Origin: an uncultured Pseudomonadota bacterium
GTDB taxonomy: Bacteria; Pseudomonadota; Gammaproteobacteria; Ga0077536
Length of the DNA: 64,000 bases
Assembly: GCA_902597385.1 (NCBI GenBank)
Contig: CACJXQ010000005.1
Span: 9,074 to 73,073 of the forward strand
Direction: 5' to 3'
Position numbers and translations under genes: made by a program. Numbering within the stretch: position 1 is the stretch's first letter; each line of letters starts with the position of its first letter. The notes below the pieces were generated by a model. The model ran no database searches. It was given only the letters and a program-made list of their open reading frames with translations, and was not told the origin of the DNA. This document shows positions 41,437 through 50,031 of this stretch, piece by piece.

Positions 41437-42465
41437 ATGAATATAAAAGAATCTTTAAAAAAAGTAACCGATAAAGAGGATCTGAAGTTTGAGGAGATGC
41501 AAGAAGTAGCTCTAGACATTATGTCAGGAAAAGTAACTGACGCTCAAATAGGTGCTTTTCTCGTCGCACTACGCATGAAAGGAGAAACTATAGATGAAAT
41601 CGCAGCAGCTGCAACAGCAATGCGACAAGTCTCTCTTAAGGTCCCTCTAAAAAACAGCGAAATAATAGACACTTGCGGAACAGGCGGCGACAGCAGTCAC
41701 TCTTTTAATATTTCCACAACAGCAGCCTTCGTAGCCGCAGCAGCTGGAATTAATGTAGCGAAGCACGGGAACAGATCGGCGAGCGGCTCCACAGGAAGCG
41801 CTGATTTGCTTGAAGCAGGTGGGGCTAAAATAGATCTAACTCCGCCACAAATTCAACAATGTCTAGAAAACCTGGGTATAGGTTTTATGTTTGCACCTGC
41901 ACATCACAAAGCGACTAAGCATGTGTTCAATCCTAGAAGAGAAATAGGAATCAGAACAATCTTTAATCTTCTAGGCCCCTTGACTAACCCTGCGAGTGCA
42001 AAGGCGCAAGTAATTGGCGTTTTCGATACCTTATGGGTTAGGAAGATAGCGAGCGTATTACACAGACTGGGTAGCGAAAGGGCGATAGTGGTTTCTTCTC
42101 ATAGAGGAATGGATGAAATAGCGATAGATTCACCCACAAAGTTGGTAGAGCTATCCAATAACGGTAAAATTACAGAATCTGACATATCGCCGGAGACGTT
42201 CGGTATCAAAATTCAGGAACATAGCTCCTTTGTTGCAAAGTCGCCAACAGAGAGTTTAAAAATAGCAAAGGAGGTTCTGCAAGGGGTCAGAGGCCCCGCA
42301 TTCGATATTGTCGCGCTAAATGCAGGGGCAGCAATCTATATCGGTAAGGGATCGCCCACGCTTGAAGATGGAGTACAGCAGTCGAAAGAAATTTTAACCT
42401 CAGGATTAGCTATTAAAAAGTTTGACGAATTTTGCTCTTATACTCAACGGTTTTCAAAAAAATGA
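41437..42465 (+). CDS. trpD: anthranilate phosphoribosyltransferase
   Basis: 342 aa. Contains DTCGTGGD, KHGNRS and GPLTNP. Confidence 0.92.
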   Translation: MNIKESLKKVTDKEDLKFEEMQEVALDIMSGKVTDAQIGAFLVALRMKGETIDEIAAAATAMRQVSLKVPLKNSEIIDTCGTGGDSSHSFNISTTAAFVAAAAGINVAKHGNRSASGSTGSADLLEAGGAKIDLTPPQIQQCLENLGIGFMFAPAHHKATKHVFNPRREIGIRTIFNLLGPLTNPASAKAQVIGVFDTLWVRKIASVLHRLGSERAIVVSSHRGMDEIAIDSPTKLVELSNNGKITESDISPETFGIKIQEHSSFVAKSPTESLKIAKEVLQGVRGPAFDIVALNAGAAIYIGKGSPTLEDGVQQSKEILTSGLAIKKFDEFCSYTQRFSKK

Positions 42466-42476
42466 GGTAGCGGCTT

Positions 42477-43274
42477 ATGACAAATATTCTCAGTTCAATT
42501 GTCGAATATAAAGCCTCAATTGTCAGGGCTAGAAAAGAAACAAGACCACTTTCTCTCGTCAAAGAACAAGCCGCCGAGCAAACTCACACCAGGAGTTTTG
42601 TACAGGCTTTAGAAAACCAACTTATAAAGCGGCAACCGGCTATCGTAGCCGAATGCAAAAAAGGCTCACCTTCGAAAGGTATTATAGTGGCCAATTACGA
42701 TGCTGAAACAATCGCGTTAGAATACGAAAACGCGGGAGCTACCTGCATATCAGTGCTTACAGATGAAAAATTTTTTCACGGCGGGGATCGAGATCTCAGT
42801 AGTGTAAAAAAAATCATCAAAATACCCGTATTGAGGAAAGATTTTATAATAGACACTTACCAGGTATACGAAACTAAAGCGATAGGCGCAGACTGCATTC
42901 TGTTAATAGCCGCATGCCTTTCTGACAAGCTATTAGATAAACTATTTCAAGTTTCAACTGAAATTGGTCTAGATGTATTGGTCGAAGTTCATGATCGTAC
43001 CGAGCTTGAAAGAGCTCTAAGACTGAGAGGACCGCTTATCGGAATTAACAACCGAAATTTAAAATTATTCGAAACCAATATCAACAACACCATTAGATTA
43101 CTTAAAGACATTCCAGAGGACCGCATAGTTATATCTGAATCGGGAATCTCAAGCAGGAAAGATGTTGAAGTTCTCCTCGCAAACAATGTTAGTTGTTTCC
43201 TTATCGGTGAAACTTTTCTACGAGCAGATAAACCTGGAGATAAATTAAAAGATTTGTTCCCAGAGTTAAATTAA
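42477..43274 (+). CDS. trpC: indole-3-glycerol phosphate synthase
   Basis: 265 aa. Contains ECKKGSPSKG, LRKDFI and IGINNRNL. Confidence 0.92.
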   Translation: MTNILSSIVEYKASIVRARKETRPLSLVKEQAAEQTHTRSFVQALENQLIKRQPAIVAECKKGSPSKGIIVANYDAETIALEYENAGATCISVLTDEKFFHGGDRDLSSVKKIIKIPVLRKDFIIDTYQVYETKAIGADCILLIAACLSDKLLDKLFQVSTEIGLDVLVEVHDRTELERALRLRGPLIGINNRNLKLFETNINNTIRLLKDIPEDRIVISESGISSRKDVEVLLANNVSCFLIGETFLRADKPGDKLKDLFPELN

Positions 43275-43295
43275 ATATCAGTATCCATAGGTTAC

Positions 43296-43721
43296 TCAGT
43301 TATCGTAAGCTACAAAACGTAGAAAGTTTTTAGAAGGATCTTCCAAAATAAAAAAGGCTTCTTTTTCTCCAGAGTTGTTAGTCACTACTTCCGGATTAGC
43401 TTTAAACTTGGTACCCACATATGTCAAGTGAGACACCGCCTGATGCCAATCAGTCCAGCTGACAATGAGGCCAAAATAAGATTCCCCAAGAAGACGGTTA
43501 TCACTAATTTCTTTTCCTCGACCATCTTCCGATCTGGCGTGCAAAACAACACTGTATCCAAAAAAGTCAATTTCTACTGAGTTCCTTCCCTCTCTTACAA
43601 CTTGACAGCCCAACTTTTCTACATAAAACCTTAAAGAATCTACTAAATCTTCAACGTGAATTCCTATTCTTATCTGCGGCTTTTCGCAAAATTCATCCAA
43701 GATTTTGTAGTTATTAGGCAT
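43296..43721 (-). CDS. VOC (glyoxalase/bleomycin-resistance/dioxygenase) superfamily protein, function unknown
   Basis: About 141 aa from ATG 43721. Shows a beta-alpha-beta-beta-beta-like pattern (IGIHVEDLVDSLRFYVEKLGCQV ... FFILEDPSKNFLRF). The start overlaps the upstream aldolase stop (ATGCCTAA). The longer ORF to 43754 is rejected. Confidence 0.5.
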   Translation of the reverse strand: MPNNYKILDEFCEKPQIRIGIHVEDLVDSLRFYVEKLGCQVVREGRNSVEIDFFGYSVVLHARSEDGRGKEISDNRLLGESYFGLIVSWTDWHQAVSHLTYVGTKFKANPEVVTNNSGEKEAFFILEDPSKNFLRFVAYDN

Positions 43722-44352
43722 TCTGAGATCCATAAGTTTGGAACTTACCAACAACTACACTCATTTCCTGCTTTGAAATCAAAATAGGATCTCCTATTGT
43801 TTTGGACAAAAGGTATTGTTTACTAAGTTCTTCGACCAACATGGCGGTTTCCAATGCGCTCGATAAATCAGGACCAACTGCTAACATACCATGATTTGCC
43901 ATTAAACAGGCCATTCTCTCCTGCAAGGCTACCACGACAACTTCCGAAAGCTTTTTAGTTCCAAAAGTCTCATATGCGGCACATCTAATATTATCCCCAC
44001 CAATAGCTCCAACCATATAATGAAAAGCTGGTACATCTATACAGTGACAAGATAAAGCGGTTGCGTAAGGCGAATGCATATGGATTACTGCTCCCACACC
44101 GATATAACGTTTGTAAATCTCGGTATGAATTCGCCACTCAGAAGAAGGCCTCCATCGGCCACGATATTCTCCAGAAATAGAAATGGAGACAATTTTCTCA
44201 GGGCCTAACTCAGCAGGGCTCAAACCGCTGGGGGTTATATTAATTGCGTCTTCAGACTTTACACTTATATTGCCCGTGGCGCCGGTATTTAAGCCTCTCT
44301 TTTCAAGGATCTCCATAACATCGCAGATATTTGAACAAATACTATTAGTCAA
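43714..44352 (-). CDS. class II aldolase/adducin-family protein (FucA/MtnB-like; substrate unknown)
   Basis: 212 aa. Contains GLNTGATGNISVK, metal-binding HMHSPYATALS and ANHGMLAVG. TTG start preceded by GAGG. Confidence 0.75.
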   Translation of the reverse strand: MTNSICSNICDVMEILEKRGLNTGATGNISVKSEDAINITPSGLSPAELGPEKIVSISISGEYRGRWRPSSEWRIHTEIYKRYIGVGAVIHMHSPYATALSCHCIDVPAFHYMVGAIGGDNIRCAAYETFGTKKLSEVVVVALQERMACLMANHGMLAVGPDLSSALETAMLVEELSKQYLLSKTIGDPILISKQEMSVVVGKFQTYGSQNA

Positions 44353-44372
44353 ATCGGACCTCTGTCATCTTT

Positions 44373-45881
44373 TTACTGTAAAAACATTTTATAAGCAGAA
44401 TTGCGAGTTTCCTCAAAATATTTCACATCTCCTATTAGTTCAATAAATTTTTGCTTTTCTGCTTCAGTCAATTGTATTCCTATTAATACCCGCCCATAAG
44501 CTGCCCCATGATTTCGATAGTGGAATAACGTGATATTCCATTTTGTCCCTAAGCGATTCAAAAAACGAATCAGTGCACCTGGTCTTTCTGGAAATTCAAT
44601 ACGGAAAACTGTTTCGTTTGATAGTTCTCGCCCTGCTCCTCCGACCATAAACCTGACGTGCATCTTGGCTAATTCATTGTTTGACATGTCTACTGGGTTA
44701 TAATTACGCTCTGTGAGAGTTTTTAAAAGCAACTCCTTCTCATCAGGATAATCGCCAACCTGCACTCCTGCAAATACGCTAGCGATATCTGAATCACCTG
44801 CACGGTAATTAAATTCAGTGATCAACCTCGGTCCTAATGCTTCGCAAAAAGCTCTAAAACTACCCGGCCTTTCTGGTATTGAAGCTCCTATCAAAAGCTC
44901 TCGATTTTCACCCAACTCAGCTAACTCAGCTACATGCCGAAGCCTGTCAAAATTTATATTTGCTCCGCTACAGATGGCCACATAGTTTTTACATAGTAAA
45001 TCATTCTTAACGGAATACTGCTTAAGACCCGCCAACGCGAGAGCGCCGGCCGGCTCACTTATTGACCTGGTGTCCTCATAAATGTCTTTGATAGCGGCAC
45101 AAATTTCATCGTTCGAAACACAAAGCATTTCATCGACATACTTTTCTGTTAGTTTAAAAGTCAAATCGCCAACCCGCTTTACCGCAGCACCATCAGCAAA
45201 AATACCAACTTTGTTTAGAGTTACTGGCATACCTTTCTTTAATGCTATTGACATACTAGGAGCTTCAAGGGGTTCAACACCGATAATTTTAGTACCAGGA
45301 CTAAGTGATTTAAAATAGACAGCTATACCAGCTATCAAACCGCCACCACCAACTGGTACGAAAATTGCGTCTATGTCTTTTTTTGATTGTTGTAGTATCT
45401 CCATCCCGACAGTGCCTTGGCCGGCGACAACATAAGGATCATCGTAAGGAGGGATAATCATTAGCTCTTTCTCTTTCGCAATTTCCTCAGCTCGCTTACT
45501 TGCTTCGTCATAGTTATCTCCATGAAGGATAACCTCCCCTCCAAGGCCTCTAACAGATTTAACTTTTATTTCAGGAGTAGTCTTTGGCATTACTATAATA
45601 GCGGTAGTATTCAAGGTCTTGGCAGACAACGCGACTCCCTGGGCATGATTACCTGCCGATGCCGCTATCACGCCCTTATCTATAATCTCTGGCGGTAATG
45701 AAGCCATAAGGGTATACGCCCCCCTTATTTTATAGGAGAAAACTGGTTGGGTATCCTCTCTTTTAAGCAATATGTCGCTCCCTATTCTGGCGGAGAGCCC
45801 TTGCAAGTAGTCAAGAGACGTCACTGACGCCACGTCGTAGACCGGGGCTTTTAGAATCATTTTTAAATATTTGTCTAACAT
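44373..45881 (-). CDS. ilvA: threonine ammonia-lyase, biosynthetic (two ACT-like C-terminal domains)
   Basis: PLP lysine motif FSYKIRGAY, GGGGLIAG, and a C-terminal regulatory domain pair. ATG 45881 (MLDKYLKMILKAPVYD) is chosen. The ORF extension to 46028 is antisense to the rpiA start and has no IlvA counterpart. Confidence 0.9.
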   Translation of the reverse strand: MLDKYLKMILKAPVYDVASVTSLDYLQGLSARIGSDILLKREDTQPVFSYKIRGAYTLMASLPPEIIDKGVIAASAGNHAQGVALSAKTLNTTAIIVMPKTTPEIKVKSVRGLGGEVILHGDNYDEASKRAEEIAKEKELMIIPPYDDPYVVAGQGTVGMEILQQSKKDIDAIFVPVGGGGLIAGIAVYFKSLSPGTKIIGVEPLEAPSMSIALKKGMPVTLNKVGIFADGAAVKRVGDLTFKLTEKYVDEMLCVSNDEICAAIKDIYEDTRSISEPAGALALAGLKQYSVKNDLLCKNYVAICSGANINFDRLRHVAELAELGENRELLIGASIPERPGSFRAFCEALGPRLITEFNYRAGDSDIASVFAGVQVGDYPDEKELLLKTLTERNYNPVDMSNNELAKMHVRFMVGGAGRELSNETVFRIEFPERPGALIRFLNRLGTKWNITLFHYRNHGAAYGRVLIGIQLTEAEKQKFIELIGDVKYFEETRNSAYKMFLQ

Positions 45882-45942
45882 TTGAATTAAAGTAACACTA
45901 ATTGTTATGATTTTCAGCGCAATTTTTTTACCTGGAGGAAAA

Positions 45943-46601
45943 ATGAGTTCTAGTAATATCGCAAAGAAGCAAGCCGCAATCGAAGCTATAAAGTATATCA
46001 AAGACTGTTCCGTGATTGGAGTAGGCACAGGCAGTACGGTAAACTATTTCATAAAGGAACTAGGAAAAATAAGGAATAGATTTGATTACGCTGTGTCCAG
46101 TTCGAAAGCGACTACGGAGCTTCTGAAGCTCGAGGGAGTGGCGGTGACGGAACTTAATAATTGTGACGACCCCGATATATATGTTGACGGTGCGGATGAA
46201 GCCACATTGCATAGACAATTAATAAAAGGAGGGGGGGGGGCGCATTAACACGGGAGAAAATAATTGCAAGCTCTAGCAAAATCTTTATTTGCATAATTGA
46301 TGAGAGCAAACTGGTAAAAAAGCTTGGATCCTTCCCGGTGGCCGTAGAGGTAATTCCTATGGCTCGAAGTTATGTTGCTCGTAAGTTAGTGCAATTAGGA
46401 GGGGCGCCCGAGTGGCGACAAGGTTTCGTTACCGATAATGGAAATTGGATTCTAGATGTCTATAACTTAGACCTTACGGATTCCAAGGATTTTGAAGTAC
46501 AATTAGACAGTATAGCCGGCGTTGTTTCTAATGGCATATTTTCCCGAAGACCAGCAGATAAAATTATCGTAGGAAGTGAAAACAAGATCAGGGAGATTTA
46601 G
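45943..46601 (+). pseudogene. rpiA: ribose-5-phosphate isomerase A, interrupted by a frameshift in a poly-G tract
   Basis: The N-terminal half in frame 1 (MSSSNIAKKQAAIEAIKYI...VGVGTGST...DGADEA...LIKGGGGAH*) stops at 46246-46248. The C-terminal half continues in frame 3 from 46245 ([22 protein letters not shown]...[14 protein letters not shown]...). The join lies in G10 at 46231-46240. Divergent from ilvA as in Pseudomonas. Confidence 0.85.
46231..46240 (+). repeat. 10-nt G homopolymer inside rpiA (site of the frameshift)
   Basis: Read directly: aaaGGA GGGGGGGGGG cgcattaa. Eight or eleven Gs would restore KGGGGAL or KGGGGGAL followed by TREK. Confidence 0.95.
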
Positions 46602-47376
46602 GTTCATCTTTAGATTTTTCATTTTTATCATTAATCATGGTTAATTTACAAAGATAGATCCCCACCTCGTAAAGAAGCCACATAGGAACCGCAAGCATAA
46701 CTTGTGAAATTATATCTGGAGGCGTGAGAAGCATGCCGAGAGAAAAAGCACCGACAATTATATAAGGACGTTTCGCTGATAGAGACTCTATGCTCACTAA
46801 TCCGGAGCGGATAAGAAGATAGGTCGCCACTGGTACTTCAAAAGCAAGCCCAAAAGCGAAAAATAACTTCAAGACGAAATCTAAATATTGGCTTATATCT
46901 GTCATTACCGTGACACCGGTTGGTACAATACCGGTAAAAAAACTGAAAACCAAAGGGAACACTGCAAAATAAGCGAAAGAAACACCCAAATAAAATAAGA
47001 GGGAAGTAGACACCATCAAGGGCAGAACTAACTGCCTCTCCTCTTTGTATAAGCCGGGGGCAACAAACGCCCATACTTGATAAAAAACATATGGAACAGA
47101 TATGAAAAACGCGACGAACAGAGTCAATTTAAATGGAGCAAGAAAAGGGGAGGCCACTTGGGTGGCAATCATCGAGCTGGTGTCAGGAAGAGACTTCAAA
47201 AGAGGTTCAGCTAATAAAAGATAAAGTTGATCAGAAAAGGGCATTAAGACCAAAAGAAAGAAAAAAACACACGCTAGAGCTTTAAATATTCGCTTCCTAA
47301 GCTCTATTAGGTGGGATACAAAGGACTTATTATCACTCTCGATATCCGCATCAAATTCATTCGTGCTATCACTCAT
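46588..47376 (-). CDS. tatC: twin-arginine translocase subunit TatC
   Basis: 262 aa. HLIELRKR N-terminus and six TM segments with the PPD motif [10 protein letters not shown]. The 3' end overlaps the rpiA 3' end by 14 nt. Confidence 0.92.
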   Translation of the reverse strand: MSDSTNEFDADIESDNKSFVSHLIELRKRIFKALACVFFFLLVLMPFSDQLYLLLAEPLLKSLPDTSSMIATQVASPFLAPFKLTLFVAFFISVPYVFYQVWAFVAPGLYKEERQLVLPLMVSTSLLFYLGVSFAYFAVFPLVFSFFTGIVPTGVTVMTDISQYLDFVLKLFFAFGLAFEVPVATYLLIRSGLVSIESLSAKRPYIIVGAFSLGMLLTPPDIISQVMLAVPMWLLYEVGIYLCKLTMINDKNEKSKDEPKSP

Positions 47377-47391
47377 AATCTACCAGAACAG

Positions 47392-47712
47392 CTAATCCTC
47401 ACGCTCCTTTGAATGTTGCACGCTCCCCCCCTTTCTTATCTCACTGTCAGACAAGACACCTTCATCGCGAGTAGCTTGTCGAACCATTGCTTTAAACTTC
47501 TTGTCTTCATTAAGAAATTCCTTATTAAGAAGCTTGTATTCATCGCTGCGTGTTTCTGCTTCTATCTCTCTTTTTAAAGTTGAAACGAGTCGCTGAAACT
47601 GTCCCGCCCATTGTCCAATCGTGCGAACCATTTCAGGCATTCTTTCTGGGCCAATCACAAGAAGGGCAACTATACCTATGATTGCCAATTCCCAAAAACC
47701 GATATCAAACAT
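47392..47712 (-). CDS. tatB: twin-arginine translocase subunit TatB
   Basis: 106 aa. MFDIGFWELAIIGIVALLVIGPERMP followed by an amphipathic helix. Confidence 0.88.
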   Translation of the reverse strand: MFDIGFWELAIIGIVALLVIGPERMPEMVRTIGQWAGQFQRLVSTLKREIEAETRSDEYKLLNKEFLNEDKKFKAMVRQATRDEGVLSDSEIRKGGSVQHSKERED

Positions 47713-47724
47713 GCCAAAATCACA

Positions 47725-47937
47725 CTAGACTTTTTCTTTATCAGTATCTGGTTGAACATCTATTACCCTTTCTGTTTTTTCCTGATCTTTGGGGCCTTCT
47801 GGATCATCCTTCATGGCCTTTCGAAAATCTCTGATCCATCCCCCTACATCACTTCCAACACTTTTGATTTTTTTTGTACCAAAAAGTAACGCTACAATAG
47901 CAAAAATAATAATTAGTTCTTTTATTCCAAATCCCAT
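47725..47937 (-). CDS. tatA: twin-arginine translocase subunit TatA
   Basis: 70 aa. MGFGIKELIIIFAIVALLFGTKKI followed by a charged tail. Confidence 0.88.
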   Translation of the reverse strand: MGFGIKELIIIFAIVALLFGTKKIKSVGSDVGGWIRDFRKAMKDDPEGPKDQEKTERVIDVQPDTDKEKV

Positions 47938-47968
47938 TATTTTCTCCCTTAACCCGGGCGAACCCGAT

Positions 47969-48286
47969 TCATTTTTTTCTGTCTTTTTTCTCTTCTATCC
48001 CCGAGCGACCGAAACGAGAAGCCAACTCATTAAGAACATCTTCTGGTCCCAGCCCTTTGTATCGGAGCAGAAGTAATGAATGAAACCAAAGATCCGCGGT
48101 TTCCTTTATTAATTCCTCTACGTTCTCATTTTTGCCTGCGATAATAGTTTCGGTGGCTTCCTCTCCGAGTTTCTTCAAAATATGATCTCCGCCTTCATGA
48201 AGCAGGCTAGCCACGTAGGATTTCGTCGGATTTTCACCTTCCCGAGAGCGTATTAACTCATCCAATTCTCGCAGCACATCATCCAT
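47969..48286 (-). CDS. hisE: phosphoribosyl-ATP pyrophosphohydrolase
   Basis: 105 aa. SYVASLL..G...ILKKLGEEATETIIA...E..DLWFH pattern of the MazG-like HisE. Sits upstream of tatA as in Pseudomonas. Confidence 0.85.
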   Translation of the reverse strand: MDDVLRELDELIRSREGENPTKSYVASLLHEGGDHILKKLGEEATETIIAGKNENVEELIKETADLWFHSLLLLRYKGLGPEDVLNELASRFGRSGIEEKKDRKK

Positions 48287-48388
48287 TTTTTGGTCACCAT
48301 AGTTCCTAATTTTGTCGCTTTGTTTTTCCTATCATTGTGACTGAAGTGTAAAGCCCCATTTAGCAGGACGCAAACAAGAATGAGAAGC

Positions 48389-49156
48389 TTAAATTCTAAC
48401 TTCAATGCCCGATTTGGACATTTCTCGCTTCACTTCATGAATCGTGACTTCTCCGTAATGAAAAATACTAGCCGCTAATACAGCATCGGCTTTCCCCTCA
48501 ACCACCCCTTCTATTAAATGATCCACACAGCCAACGCCTCCCGAGGCGACGACTGGAATATTCACAGCGGTGGAAACAGTATTTACCAGATCTAGATCAT
48601 AACCATCTTTAGTGCCATCCCTGTCCATACTGGTCAAGAGTATCTCTCCCGCTCCGTATTCAGCCATTTTAGAGGCCCACGAAACCGCATCTAGTCCCGA
48701 AGCATTTCTTCCACCATGAGTGAAAACTTCCCATTTATCTCGTTCTAGAGGACTTTTTCTAGCATCAATTGCCACCACAATACATTGTGATCCAAATCGG
48801 ATAGCAGCCTGTTTCACTAACTCTGGGTTAGCTACTGCGGCGGTATTTATTCCAACTTTATCTGCCCCAGCTTTCAACAATAATCTCACATCTTCAACAG
48901 AACGGACGCCTCCCCCTACAGTCAAAGGGATAAAAACTTGAGACGCTACTTCCGAAATAACCTCCGGTAGGATTGCTCGTTCACTGCTACTAGCAGTTAT
49001 ATCTAGAAACGTTATTTCATCGGCACCCTGTAGGTCATACTTTCTTGCCACCTCGACCGGATCACCTGCGTCTTTTATATCGAGGAATTTTACTCCTTTT
49101 ACAACTCTACCCGCATCTACATCGAGGCACGGAATTATCCTCTTAGCTAGGCCCAT
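48389..49156 (-). CDS. hisF: imidazole glycerol phosphate synthase cyclase subunit
   Basis: 255 aa. Contains [17 protein letters not shown] and [15 protein letters not shown]. Confidence 0.93.
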   Translation of the reverse strand: MGLAKRIIPCLDVDAGRVVKGVKFLDIKDAGDPVEVARKYDLQGADEITFLDITASSSERAILPEVISEVASQVFIPLTVGGGVRSVEDVRLLLKAGADKVGINTAAVANPELVKQAAIRFGSQCIVVAIDARKSPLERDKWEVFTHGGRNASGLDAVSWASKMAEYGAGEILLTSMDRDGTKDGYDLDLVNTVSTAVNIPVVASGGVGCVDHLIEGVVEGKADAVLAASIFHYGEVTIHEVKREMSKSGIEVRI

Positions 49157-49900
49157 TTACTGCTGCTCTGAAAATTTGTCCGCGATAGCTTGAGCCTCAG
49201 CTAAATTTACTTTTCCCTCGTATATAGCTCTACCTACAACCACGCCAGCAACACCCTCTCCAGATACAGCGCACAATGATTTAATATCGTCAAGCGAGCT
49301 TACCCCTCCCGATGCGATGACAGGCACGGTAAGCTGGCTTGCAAATTTGGCGGTAGCTTCAACATTCACACCACTCAACATTCCATCTCTACCTATATCC
49401 GTAAAAATGATAGAATTTACCCCATCAGCTTCAAAACCTTTTGCAATATCGAGCGCGTCATGCTTGGATAATTTGGACCAGCCATCAGTAGCCACCTTAC
49501 CGTCACGGACGTCCAACCCCACAATAATATGGTTAGGGAATTCAAGACAAGCATCTGAGACAAAATGAGGTGAGGTTACAGCTTTGGTCCCGAGAATGAC
49601 TAACGAGACTCCGATGTCCAAATAACCCTGAATGGTTTCCTCATTTCGGATTCCACCACCCACCTGAATAGCTATATCTTCACAAGACAAGACCATTCGG
49701 TTAATTATCTTATGATTAACCGGTTTGCCGCTCGTTGCGCCATCTAAATCAACAATATGTAAGCGTCTCGCACCCTGATCCCTCCACCGTTTGATAACCT
49801 CGACAGGATCATCTGAGAAAATAGTTTCCTGATCCATGTTTCCTTGCTTGAGGCGAACACATTTTCCATTCTTTAGATCGATGGCGGGAATAATAAGCAT
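49157..49900 (-). CDS. hisA: ProFAR isomerase (1-(5-phosphoribosyl)-5-[(5-phosphoribosylamino)methylideneamino]imidazole-4-carboxamide isomerase)
   Basis: 247 aa. Contains [25 protein letters not shown] and [14 protein letters not shown]. Abuts hisF with no gap. Confidence 0.92.
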   Translation of the reverse strand: MLIIPAIDLKNGKCVRLKQGNMDQETIFSDDPVEVIKRWRDQGARRLHIVDLDGATSGKPVNHKIINRMVLSCEDIAIQVGGGIRNEETIQGYLDIGVSLVILGTKAVTSPHFVSDACLEFPNHIIVGLDVRDGKVATDGWSKLSKHDALDIAKGFEADGVNSIIFTDIGRDGMLSGVNVEATAKFASQLTVPVIASGGVSSLDDIKSLCAVSGEGVAGVVVGRAIYEGKVNLAEAQAIADKFSEQQ

Positions 49901-50031
49901 TTCTTGTATCTAGATTTATAATCTTCTCTGATAAATTGCTCGTTATAAAACTATAGTGGCATATCGTTTCGGACACAAGAAGTGATTAGAGGAATTAAAA
50001 ACTTAAAAGTGTTGCCCCCATAAACTTTGCC

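Noticed and set aside
45882-46028. 49-codon N-terminal extension of the ilvA ORF that would overlap the rpiA start
   Set aside because: The extension has no counterpart in IlvA. The internal ATG at 45881 yields the canonical N-terminus (KAPVYDV...). The extension is antisense to the rpiA 5' end.
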